A stretch of 64,000 nt of DNA from Eledone cirrhosa (Eukaryota), in contig OZ024740.1 of the NCBI GenBank assembly GCA_964016885.1, positions 143,902,001 to 143,966,000 of the forward strand, given 5' to 3'. A program made the translations under genes and the position numbers. Every line of letters begins with the position of its first letter. Position 1 is the first letter of the stretch. Below the pieces are notes generated by a model that made no database searches, was not told the DNA's origin, and saw only the letters and a list, made by a program, of their open reading frames with translations. Shown here one piece after another: positions 1 to 11,484 of the stretch.

Positions 1-1465
1 CAGTAAGGTTAGAATTAACAATGAATATTGTGAAGAATTTAGTGTAAAAGTTGGTGTTCATCAAGGCTCTGTCCTTAGCCCCCTCCTATTTACTATTGCC
101 CTTCAGGCTATAACAGAGGAGTTCAAGACCGGCTGCTCATGGGAACTCCTATATTCAGATGATCTAACTCTCATAGCTGAATCTATGGCTGAACTAGAGA
201 AGAAATTCCAAACATGGAAGCATGGCCTAGAATCAAAAGGCCTTAAAGTTAACTTGTCTATGACTAAAGTTCTAGTTTGTAGAAAGGAAAATAGGGCACA
301 GATGCCATCAGGGAAATGGCCATGCTCAGTGTGTAGGAAAGGAGTAGGCAGAAATTCAATTTTATGTCCCAAATGCAAACTATGGGTACATAAAAGATGA
401 AGTGGGATCACAGGTAAACTATCTAAAATGTAGATTTTATATGTGGCCTATGCTCAGGTGCAATAAGTAGCAAGAGTCCACAGGATACTAGCTCCTTCTA
501 TTGCCCAGATGGTTCTATAGAAATAGTGGACATTTCCCGTTACCTGGGTGACAAAATCAGCAGTGGTGGAGGGTGTTCTGAAAGTACAGTAGCCAGAGTC
601 AGAACGGAATGGAAACAGTTCAGAGAGCTTATACTACTGTTGGCCAAAAAAGGTTTCTCTCTAAAAATGAAAGGCAGATTGTATGATGCCTGCATACGAA
701 CAGCAATGCTACATGGCAGTGAGACATGGGCATTATGTGCAGAGGACCTGCGCAAACTGGAAATGAACGAAGCATGCATGCTCCATTGGATATGTAATAG
801 TAATATACGTGAACGGCAAAGCATAAATGAACTAAGTGAGAAATTAGGAATAAAAGGGATCAGATGCTGTTTACTTGAGAGAAGACTGCGTTTGTATGGT
901 CACGTGATGCGCATGAAAGACGACAGCTATATAAAAAAGTGCAGGGCGATCAAAATTGATGGTAGTTATGGAGTAGGTAGACCCAGAACTACTTGGGACG
1001 ATCTGATAAATTCCGACCTTACACACTTGTACCTCTCTGAGACAATGTCACTGGACCGAGATCTTTGGCGCCACGCAGTAATACAGAAGACCTATGTACA
1101 AGTATACACCGCAACTCATTACCCCTACTCCATCCTCCCTCTCCCACCAGCACCACCCTTTCTCTGTAAAGTTGGTACCACAACATCCAGTCCAAATTAA
1201 TGAGATGGAGATCGTGTAGGTGTCACGACAAAAAAACACACAGTCCACGCTGTAATGTGGTCGTGTAGGTAACACGGTCAAAAGTTCCCAGTTCCAAACT
1301 GTAAATGTGGTTGGTGTTAGGAAGGGCATCCAACTGTAGAAAACCTGCCAGAGAGTCCTATATGAGCGAGACACGATCACCCGACCAACCTTGCCTCCTC
1401 AAGTGGGACAACTCCCATCTAAACCCATGCTAGCATGGAAAATGGACGTTAAACGAAGATGATGA
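1..1465 (+). mobile_element. RTE-clade LINE, 3' part (RT C-terminal half, PHD-like finger, 3' UTR, (GAT)n tail), degenerate
   Basis: ORFs 185-400 and 526-1200 match the RT segments GVHQGSVLSP, ELLYSDD, RYLGD and RRLRLYGHV. The 3' end ccatgctagcatggaaaatggacgttaaacgaagatgatgat is shared with other copies in the window. Stops and frameshifts are present. Confidence 0.9.
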
Positions 1466-1478
1466 TATATATATATAT

Positions 1479-2097
1479 GACGACATAGTCGCATATATGT
1501 TATGGAATACTGTTAGCTTCTCGCTAAAACAATTTCTATACCTTTCATTTATATATTTATACTCGGATTTTTTTCCTAGAGTGCTTAAATTATCTGTGAC
1601 TAATCCCGTTTTTTTAATAAAAACTGCGATAATATTGCTGTTTGCTGAACTCCTTTTGTAGAGTTTTTTTCGGAATGTATTTGACTGTTATTTCTTGTAA
1701 ACAAACATTCATTTCATCCTGACGTCACTAGCCCTGTTTTCCTCATGTGCGTTTTTCATAACCTCGCATATGGTGAACTAGCCAGTTTTAAAATTCCCTT
1801 TTTGGCTTATAAATCTGTGAGAATCCTGGTTATCTGGTTGAGCTCTGCTGATTATTGAAATCCAAGTATTTTAGACTTTATTTTATCATGAGTTAAGGCT
1901 CTATTGATTTTTCCCTGGATTTCACTAAATTCTGTGGATGAATTTATATCCTGATTCTCTTTTGAGATGATTTATTTTAATGTAGGAATTATTTTTCCTA
2001 CATCTTACGTTAACTATTTTTCCCATCTTGACGACATAGTCGCATATATGTTATGGAATACTGTTAGCTTCTCGCTAAAACAATTTCTATACCTTTC

Positions 2098-2105
<8 letters not shown>
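1479..2105 (+). mobile_element. Short non-coding element with ~75-bp terminal direct repeats (pLTR-like, probably a non-autonomous Penelope derivative)
   Basis: gacgacatagtcgcatatatgttatggaatactgttagcttctcgctaaaacaatttctatacctttcatttatatat occurs at ~1479 and ~2030. The element is flanked by (TA)n and the repeat contains a degenerate hammerhead-like core. Confidence 0.5.
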
Positions 2106-2171
<66 letters not shown>

Positions 2172-2178
2172 ATTTATG

Positions 2179-2209
<31 letters not shown>

Positions 2210-2216
2210 AATTATG

Positions 2217-2268
<52 letters not shown>

Positions 2269-2269
<1 letters not shown>

Positions 2270-3994
2270 CGGCGGTGAATTAGTTTTGCGAGGTTTTTTA
2301 TATGAAATCGTGTGTCGAAACAAATATTGTTATACTTGGGGAGGGTCATATTTGTGTAATATTGCCAGAATTAATAACAGAACACACTCACTGTTTGGTT
2401 GGTTTTCGCTTCTCGCTTCTGTGTCTTTTATATCGGTAATCTAACTTACTCGGTCCTCAATGTTGCCATTGACTGACCGACGGTCAAAAATAATACAGAT
2501 ACAATATAGACACAAACACATATATATAGTTTATCATAAATCTTTCGTTGCACATCTGCAACATCGTCAGTGGTGTTATATCTTCCTCCTGTTGTACTGT
2601 ATGTCTACACCATTTTTATTCAGTCTGTCTGAACAAGCAAATAAATAAACAAGCAAATAAATAAATATATTTATTTATTTATTTGCTTGTTTGTTTGTTT
2701 TATTTTGTCTTCTTTGCGCATGCGTTTGCGTGTGTGTATAGTATTTTGTTGACTAGTGTATGTTTATGTGCTTGTTGTTATTGTGCTTGTGTATGTATTT
2801 ATTTATTTATTTATTTTATTTTATTTACTTATTAATACTTCTTTTAGGTCAGTGTTGTTTGTTTGGGTGTTGTTGTTATTCCATTCATTCTTTCTGTTTA
2901 GCTTTGGTCTTCTAATTTCTATTTCACTGGCCTCTCTGATTTGCCTATCTGCTGGGTCATTTCTATGTTTAGGTATTATTCTAATTTCTATGTTGTCTAT
3001 GTTACCGTCATGTTGTTGTCTAGCATGTTCGTATAGTACTGACCCGTTTTTTCGTCCTTTTAGTTCCCCCCAGTGTTGGTCTATCCTTTCACCTATGCTA
3101 CGAGCTGTCTCACCTATGTATGTTGTTGTCATGTTTCTGCAAGTACCCTCTGTACATCTTATGCTATAGACTACGTTTCTAGTTTTACAGTTTATCCGGG
3201 GGTTCACCTTACACATGATACATTTCCTATTAGTACAGTGGGTTTTCTTAAAAGGGTAGGTTTTGCTGATCAGGGATTTTATGGTGGTTCCTGGCTTTTC
3301 TACCACCTTTATTTTTAAGTGGGTCTTTCTCAGGGCCTTTCTACACTGGTTAGCTAATTTCCCTCCAGGGGTGCCGTCCACAAACATGATACTCTGGTAT
3401 CTCTGGTTGTCGTACCATGAGGTGGCTTTCCCTATCTTATGTCTAGCCCTATCTAAGCTATTCCATGATTTGCTCCTGTATAATGGGCAAATTCCATTCA
3501 TGTCCAGTTCTATGAGGGTCTTATACTTTTCCATGGCTCCTTCGTATACTCTGACTCTGTCTCTTTGGTTGTAGCCAGAGAACTGCATGCGGCTGATGAA
3601 GTGTTGGATGTGTCTTTCCATTTCTGTTGGGTCGCACATGCGGGACACATTCTTCATCACTCGTACCAAATCTGCGATCAGAATATTAAACTTAGCACTA
3701 CTGGACATTGCTGAGTTTTTGAGTATCAGGTATTTGGAGGCCATGGGTTTAGCATAGTGTGAGTGGAGAATTTGGGCTCTCTCGTCTATAGTGTTAATCC
3801 AGAGTTCTGTGTCTAATACAGGTAGTCTATTGTTAGGGTGTTTGGAAGGGAAGTCGATAGTTACAGTTATACTCTGGTGTATGGAATTAGCTATCTGCTG
3901 GATGCTTTCCATCGTGCTACGTTCTAAATCAAACTTGTTAGTGCTCTCTAGTGGGGGTGTTCTTATAACTATATTGATATCGTCTACATAACGT
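2269..3994 (-). mobile_element. Naiad-like Penelope element family 1, inverted 5'-truncated arm (RT thumb, GIY-YIG, 3' UTR)
   Basis: ORF 2821-3912 is nearly identical to the C-terminus of ORF 8636-10072 and carries the NVVYSIRC...YIGETAR GIY-YIG motif. From ~2325 the sequence is the reverse complement of ~8900-10538. Confidence 0.92.
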
Positions 3995-5559
3995 ATTTTT
4001 GAGAATATTCGATTTTCCTTTCTTGTAGTTTTTTCTTATTCATCCATCCGCTATGGCATTAGCTTGTGCCAAGCTGAAAGGTTATTGAAAGACACTGTTT
4101 TCTGTTATATAAAAACTACAATAACAACAGAACAAATCCGCTTCTTAAAACACTGTGTTTCCTCCAAAACATACACAACAAACATATCAAAACAAGTAAA
4201 TAATTTATTATTGAACAAAACACAAGCCGAACGACTAAAACACACAATAACAGTTAATATGAAAAGAAAGGAAAATCGAATATTCTCAAAAATACCCAGA
4301 TAACATCGACAATATCCGTATGACTGATGTAAAACTACCGGAAGAATTTACCAATGACCACACAGTAAATATCTATGGGAACACTTTAATCAGTGAACAA
4401 GAACAACAAATCCTGCGGCTACCACCAAAATTTGCCATCTACAAAAAGATTAACCCTATGGAGTGCAAAATGGAGCTGGAAAAGTGTTTCACAAAAATAC
4501 GTTGGAATGCAAAGGTAAACAACAACAACAATAATAACGGTAGTAGTAATATAAACAATAACTCTGAGTATAGAAATAACAGCCATAACTATAATAATAG
4601 CAGGAAAGTGAGAAATAGTGATAATGGTAATAATACTAGCGATAGACAGAACAACAACAACCACAATAATAATAATAATAGAAACATTAACCACAGACAC
4701 AGCAGCAGCGACCACAGTAGTAATAACGGCAACAATACGAACAACAACAACAATAACCACAGTGGTAATAATGGAAATAGTACATGTAGCAACATCAATG
4801 ATAGACACAACAAAAACAAGAAACATAATAAAAGTAACAACCACAATGGTAGAAATAACAGTAACAACAACAACAATAACGGTGAAGTAAACAACAATAC
4901 ATCTAGCAATCATAACAATAATAATAATGCTAATGATAGAAACAACAACAACCACCATGATAACAATAATAGCAACACACACAACTATGACGATAGATAT
5001 AATGACAACCCCTTAGAGAAACTATTTTTCAACCCAGCTGACAAAACATATAAGATGGGTAATATCTATCCTACGAGGTTACCCTTTAATAAAAGAGTTT
5101 GCATACCACAACAAATAGATGACGAGACAGAGGCACAGTTCACCATAACTAGAAATAAGATTAGACAAATAGTAGACAGGTATACTAAGAGACAGAGCAG
5201 ACCAGAGGCCCAACAACTTGGGAGGAAACCTGTAGAAGGCTTGGTTAGCCTCAAGCAGCGCACAAGGGATGGTGAGGTAGTATGTCTACCCACGGATAAG
5301 TCTGGTAGGATGTCAATAGATAGCATGCCGAACTACATCGAGGCTATGCAACCCTACATCACCAACACGAGCGAAATTGCACAACAAACACACGATGGGA
5401 GAGAGAAAATCCTCAACGCTCACATGATGATGTGGACTGACATCCTAAAGCCAAGCAGACGCACTGCCAACAACTTCCAGGCGTCTAACAATGGCATACC
5501 ACCCTTGTATAGGCTCCGCAAAGACCACAAGACAGTCGACGACCCGACAACAGGACCAC

Positions 5560-8196
5560 TTTAGCAGTATTGGTTATTGAGTAGTCGCCACTTTAGCAGG
5601 GTGGTAGAATCAGTGGTCGTTAGTTGCCAGTGTGGTAAGTGATAGTATCCTCGTTGGATTATCTTGTTGACATAGACGTGAGGGAAGGTCCCTCGATCTA
5701 TTTACCATCTATTTACAATATTCCTTTCGTCAGGTCGCCAATTCCAGCAGCATGGATTAAAGATGTTATTGAGACACGAGTAACATAACAACGATTTCAA
5801 CAGCAGCAATTAGAGATGAAATGTTTGTTTATTTATATGGTTGAAGTTACAGATAAAAAGAGGTTACAAAAGGGAATGTGCCATTGCGCCGTTAAGCCGG
5901 CGAGGCTAGGGTGCAATATCTCACGGTTACATTATGCGTGTTGCTGGCTCGAAGTTTCTGGTACAAGAGAGAGATTCTTCAAACCTTCGCGGGGAATTTC
6001 TTCCTCAGGGCGCGTAGGGATACATCCTCTTCTACTGGCGCTGATTGGCTGAACTGAGCCAAATCACGCACAGAGAATGTATGTGAGCCCGCGAAATGTA
6101 GGTGACTACATCACCCCCGACCAGATTTTCAGCCGAAAATCGATAACGAAGAAACCAAGGACCCACATATCATTGAATCAGCAAGAACAAATGCTGAAAG
6201 AGCACATCAGTGAAAAAGTAATTGAGCAGAAAGATTCATGCAAGAACAAAAAAAAAAAAATTAGGCGCGACGAGCCGTGTTGAGCCGCTGTCAAATGACT
6301 AGCTGTTTTGTAGTTTAAACGAGACCCTCAAGGGCCTACCAGAAAACAGATAAAGTCTGACATGGGCGAAGTTGCTGTTCTTGCATTAAATGTTAATGGT
6401 AAGCGTTGTACCAGTAGCTGTGAACGAAGCTATTATGGTAGTTTACCAGTGCTGGCGAGAAAATGATGGCCCCCAGATGTATTGTCGAATGTGATGTGGA
6501 GCCAGGAAAAAAAGGCAAGTTTAATCTGTAGGTGGGTTGCAGTGTAAATTCCATAATTCGGGCGAATCCACTGAAGTGGCTGAAATATTGACAAGTCCAG
6601 TTCAATTTGTTGCTTTCCCAGCGAGTCGGGCAAACACAACAAGACGGATGGCCGTCATGGACGATCAGTGTGCAACGAGATGCGAAGCTGTGTGAGTTCA
6701 GCTGCAATTAGAATTCTCGTGTTGCGGTGCCTGTTTGAATCCAGTGGATTAAGCTCCGTGAGCTGCTAGCATGTGACAGCATCTCAACCAGGTGAAAAGG
6801 GACTCGCAGAATATTACGCTTGAAGAACATATACCAAGAACAACATGTTGGTGTGTGATAAAAAAAATGTGTGCATATGCAGGCATGTAAAACAGCAAAG
6901 AATATGAATGAACAAAAACCATGAGCAAACAAATAGCAAAAGAGCACAAAACAAGTAAATGCATTCTACAAAGAAATATGTGAATGTTAGAAACTGATAA
7001 TTCAAAGTCAATCTAAGGGAGCAGAGAAATTGCTCAATAAGTTCAAAGTTTTTCAAAGTCAAATAGTTCACACATCACCAGTGTACATACACTAGTTCTA
7101 TCTGAAAACTGAAAAAGAAGTTTGTTAATACCGTTAGGGGTTAGATGTATGGTGTTTTTGTGAGATTTCGTGGCCATTTTACCGTCCCGCCACAGGGTTG
7201 TGTTGCTTATTGTTAAAGCAAAGTCAAAGAATCTTCTGTAGAGTAGGAGTCACCAAATATGGCAGCCACGTCTGACACCATAATGGTGAGAAAACTACTG
7301 TCTCAATTTCTCGCGTCCCTGTGGTAACGAGACAGAAGGTATGGTGGTTGCGTCGGTAAAGTTACAAGCCGTTTTGAAATTTCCGATGTGTGGTAGTTTG
7401 CGTCGGTAAGGCTATGAAGCTGCCACTCACTATTCCCTGTTTTGGTCAGTGGCTAAACAATGTTGTCGCTGCTGCTGCTGTCTTTGTTGATCGTAGACAG
7501 GAGTTGTCGGTAGCCATTTTGAAATTTCTTCGTGGCGAAAAGTTTTTGAAATACTGCTAATTTTTCAAAAATCTTAAAAGGAATATTTTTTATTTTCGTA
7601 AGTTGCGAAAAGGTTGGCAACGTGGCAATAAAAGTTCAACTGAATCAAAAAAAGAAGGGCTGCGTTAAATTCTTACGTCGGTCACCACTTTAGCAGGGTG
7701 GTAGAATCAGTGGTCGTTAGTTGCCAGTGTGGTAAGTGATAGTATCCTCGTTGGATTATCTTGTTGACATAGACGTGAGGGAAGGTCCCTCGATCTATTT
7801 ACAATATTCCTTTCGTCACGTCGCCAATTCCAGCAGCATGGATTAAAGATGTTATTGAGACACGAGTAACATAACAACGATTTCAACAGCAGCAATTAGA
7901 GATGAAATGTCTGTTTATTTATATGGTTGAAGTTACAGATAAAAAGAGGTTACAAAAGGGAATGTGCCATTGCGCCGTTAAGCCGGCGAGGCTAGGGTGC
8001 AATATCTCACGGTTACATTATGCGTGTTGCTGGCTCGAAGTTTCTGGTACAAGAGAGAGATTCTTCAAATCTTCGCGGGGAATTTCTTCCTCAGGGCGCG
8101 TAGGGATACATCCTCTTCTACTGGCGCTGATTGGCTGAACTGAGCCAAATCACGCACAGAGAATGTATGTGAGCCCGCGGAATGTAGGTCACTCCA
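5560..8196 (-). mobile_element. Non-autonomous LTR retroelement (LTRs 5560/5592-6110 and 7689-8196) with a 4-bp CCAC TSD
   Basis: Direct repeats of ~510 bp. Minus-strand PBS TGGTGACCGACGT at 7675-7687 is tRNA-Trp-like, and a G-rich PPT lies at ~6111-6125. CCAC occurs at 5556-5559 and 8197-8200, and removing the insert restores the PLE codons GGA CCA CCA ACA AGA CCC. There is no gag/pol ORF. Confidence 0.88.
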
Positions 8197-10288
8197 CCAC
8201 CAACAAGACCCGTATGCGGAGCTAATATAGCTAGCAACTACAGGATCTCCTACTTCCTCTCAATGGTTATACGCCCCATAATCAAGATGTCCCCAGATGT
8301 ATGTGACAGTACAGAGGACCTCCTCAGCAGAATCAATGAGTGCAACAAAAACAGGAGCCTATCCAACTGCATAATAGGCAGCATGGATGTGGTATCACTG
8401 TACCCATCCATTAACATTGATTTTGCTGTGAAAAGATGTGTGGAGATGATCATTGAGAGTGAGGTGGAGTTCTGCGACGTCGACACAGACGAACTGGGCC
8501 TCCTACTTAGACTTACCTACGACACTGACTACCTAGACAGCCATGACCTTAGATGTTTCTGCCCTAGTAGACCTATAAGAGGTAGACCCCCCACCATAAC
8601 CTCAATGGCAAAAAAGACTCCTATGGGAAGGTGGATTGGGTGGACCAAAGCTATACGGACCCCCCCCCCAAAACAATGATCAGGTAAGAAAAATGGTCGC
8701 ACATGCAATAGGGGCTAGTATCAAAACTACCCTAAAGGGCCACATATTTAAGTTCAACGAGAAGATCTACACCCAAAATGAGGGAGCAGCCATCGGCGTC
8801 AGTATAGCTGGTGATGTTGCCAACCTTTTCATGGTATGGTGGGAAAGGAGACTTAAAGATCTCCTTAATGAGAGCTCCATAGACCTCATCATGTACTCTC
8901 GTTATGTAGACGATATCAATATAGTTATAAGAACACCCCCACTAGAGAGCACTAACAAGTTTGATTTAGAACGTAGCACGATGGAAAGCATCCAGCAGAT
9001 AGCTAATTCCATACACCAGAGTATAACTGTAACTATCGACTTCCCTTCCAAACACCCTAACAATAGACTAACTGTATTAGACACAGAACTCTGGATTAAC
9101 ACTATAGACGAGAGAGCCCAAATTCTCCACTCACACTATGCTAAACCCATGGCCTCCAAATACCTGATACTCAAAAACTCAGCAATGTCCAGTAGTGCTA
9201 AGTTTAATATTCTGATCGCAGATTTGGTACGAGTGATGAAGAATGTGTCCCGCATGTGCGACCCAACAGAAATGGAAAGACACATCCAACACTTCATCAG
9301 CCGCATGCAGTTCTCTGGCTACAACCAAAGAGACAGAGTCAGAGTATACGAAGGAGCCATGGAAAAGTATAAGACCCTCATAGAACTGGACATGAATGGA
9401 ATTTGCCCATTATACAGGAGCAAATCATGGAATAGCTTAGATAGGGCTAGACATAAGATAGGGAAAGCCACCTCATGGTACGACAACCAGAGATACCAGA
9501 GTATCATGTTTGTGGACGGCACCCCTGGAGGGAAATTAGCTAACCAGTGTAGAAAGGCCCTGAGAAAGACCCACTTAAAAATAAAGGTGGTAGAAAAGCC
9601 AGGAACCACCATAAAATCCCTGATCAGCAAAACCTACCCTTTTAAGAAAACCCACTGTACTAATAGGAAATGTATCATGTGTAAGGTGAACCCCCGGATA
9701 AACTGTAAAACTAGAAACGTAGTCTATAGCATAAGATGTACAGAGGGTACTTGCAGAAACATGACAACAACATACATAGGTGAGACAGCTCGTAGCATAG
9801 GTGAAAGGATAGACCAACACTGGGGGGAACTAAAAGGACGAAAAAACGGGTCAGTACTATACGAACATGCTAGACAACAACATGACGGTAACATAGACAA
9901 CATAGAAATTAGAATAATACCTAAACATAGAAATGACCCAGCAGATAGGCAAATCAGAGAGGCCAGTGAAATAGAAATTAGAAGACCAAAGCTAAACAGA
10001 AAGAATGAATGGAATAACAACAACACCCAAACAAACAACACTGACCTAAGAGAAGTATTAATAAGTAAATAAAATAAAATAAATAAATAAATAAATACAT
10101 ACACAAGCACAATAACAACAAGCACATAAACACGCACTAGTCAACAAAACACTATACACACACGCAAACGCATGCGCAAAGAAGACAAAATAAAATAAAC
10201 AAACAAACAAGCAAATAAATAAATAAATATATAGACAGACTGAATAAAAATGGCGTAGACATACAGTACAACAGGAGGAAGATATAAC

Positions 10289-10330
10289 ACCACTGACGAT
10301 GTTGCAGATGTGCAACGAAAGATTTATGAT
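10289..10330 (+). ncRNA. Minimal type-I hammerhead ribozyme motif in the PLE family 1 3' repeat (second copy at 2533-2574, minus strand)
   Basis: acca-CTGACGA-t-GTTGCA-gatg-TGCAAC-GAAA-gatt-TA-tgat has an intact core, a 6-bp stem II, a self-complementary AGAUUU in place of stem III and a 3-of-4-bp stem I. Confidence 0.75.
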
Positions 10331-10600
10331 AAACTATATATATGTGTTTGTGTCTATATTGTATCTGTATTATTTTTGACCGTCGGTCAGTCAATGGCAA
10401 CATTGAGGACCGAGTAAGTTAGATTACCGATATAAAAGACACAGAAGCGAGAAGCGAAAACCAACCAAACAGTGAGTGTGTTCTGTTATTAATTCTGGCA
10501 ATATTACACAAATATGACCCTCCCCAAGTATAACAATATATATATATAATTATGTATATATATATATAATTATATAATTATGTATATATATATATATAAT

Positions 10601-10742
<142 letters not shown>

Positions 10743-10764
10743 CACATAATTACATAATTACAAG

Positions 10765-11463
10765 TTCGTAAGGTGCGGATATGATAAGGAGAATCGACCT
10801 GTTACAAAGCGATATAATTGGAGTACACCATCCCTCATATGGACTATCATACATGTAAGGCTGCACCACTGCTAACCGACTATTCTTTTCACAGACTCAT
10901 GCTTACAAACTCTCTTGATCTACCTGTACACCCTCTTTTTGCACTGCTTGTGCTTTGATGCATCTATGTTTTGCTTTGTCTTATATTTTGGGGGGTTTCC
11001 GGGCTTTTTGTTCCTTTATTGTTTTGTATTTTTATATTTATCTCTTTTCTTATCCCTGTATTTTTGTACTTTTTTCTTATTTTTTTAATTTTCTTATTGT
11101 TTCTGATCATGCTGAGTAATACCCTCACTCATCCCTTGCTCCCCTCTCCCAACCTCTTTATCATCTATTGCACCATTTAAGTGATAAATTTTTGGTGTAA
11201 TTTTTAATTTTTAATTTTTAAATTTTTAAGACATTTTATGACATTATGTGCATTATGTATTCTGTCTTTTTCCATATAGCGCTGGCCTCGGGATCCCCTG
11301 CTGGTCCTTTAACCTTGTTCTGGTGACGCAGCTCGATGGAGCATGCAACTATTGATATACTCATGTTTATAGGCTCTGATGATTCCTGCCATGGTGTATG
11401 GATGAAACACTGTTAGCTAATAAAACAATGTATTTCTAAGCACTCTTTGGTTATTCCTATAAC
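10765..11463 (+). mobile_element. Penelope-like 3' remnant with a degenerate hammerhead motif at 11372-11418
   Basis: ggct-CTGATGA-ttcc...ggat-GAAA-cactg-TT-agct. The remnant lies between (TA)n tracts. Confidence 0.5.
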
Positions 11464-11484
11464 TATATATATATATATGTATGT

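Larger units (their letters stand above)
4052..10538 (+). mobile_element. Naiad-like Penelope retroelement family 1, near full length (RT plus C-terminal GIY-YIG), interrupted by an LTR element
   Basis: ORFs 4064-4303, 4320-5564, 8263-8679 and 8636-10072 join into one PLE protein with the motifs PTDKSGR, GPPTRPVC, SMDVVSLYPSI, GAAIG, YSRYVDD, a Cys-rich linker and VVY...YIGET. The Naiad assignment comes from remembered motif similarity. Confidence 0.9.

Noticed and set aside
4419-4982. Hydrophobic Val/Ile/Leu-rich membrane-protein-like ORFs
   Set aside because: They are the antisense reading of the (AAY)n Asn tract.
5816-6052. Duplicated 78-aa ORF (also 7902-8138)
   Set aside because: It lies within the two LTRs, antisense to the element, so the LTRs explain the duplication.
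8636-10072. Selenocysteine-recoding Naiad, as reported for some members of the clade
   Set aside because: The Cys positions in the linker and GIY-YIG region read as Cys with no in-frame UGA, so there is no evidence for Sec here.
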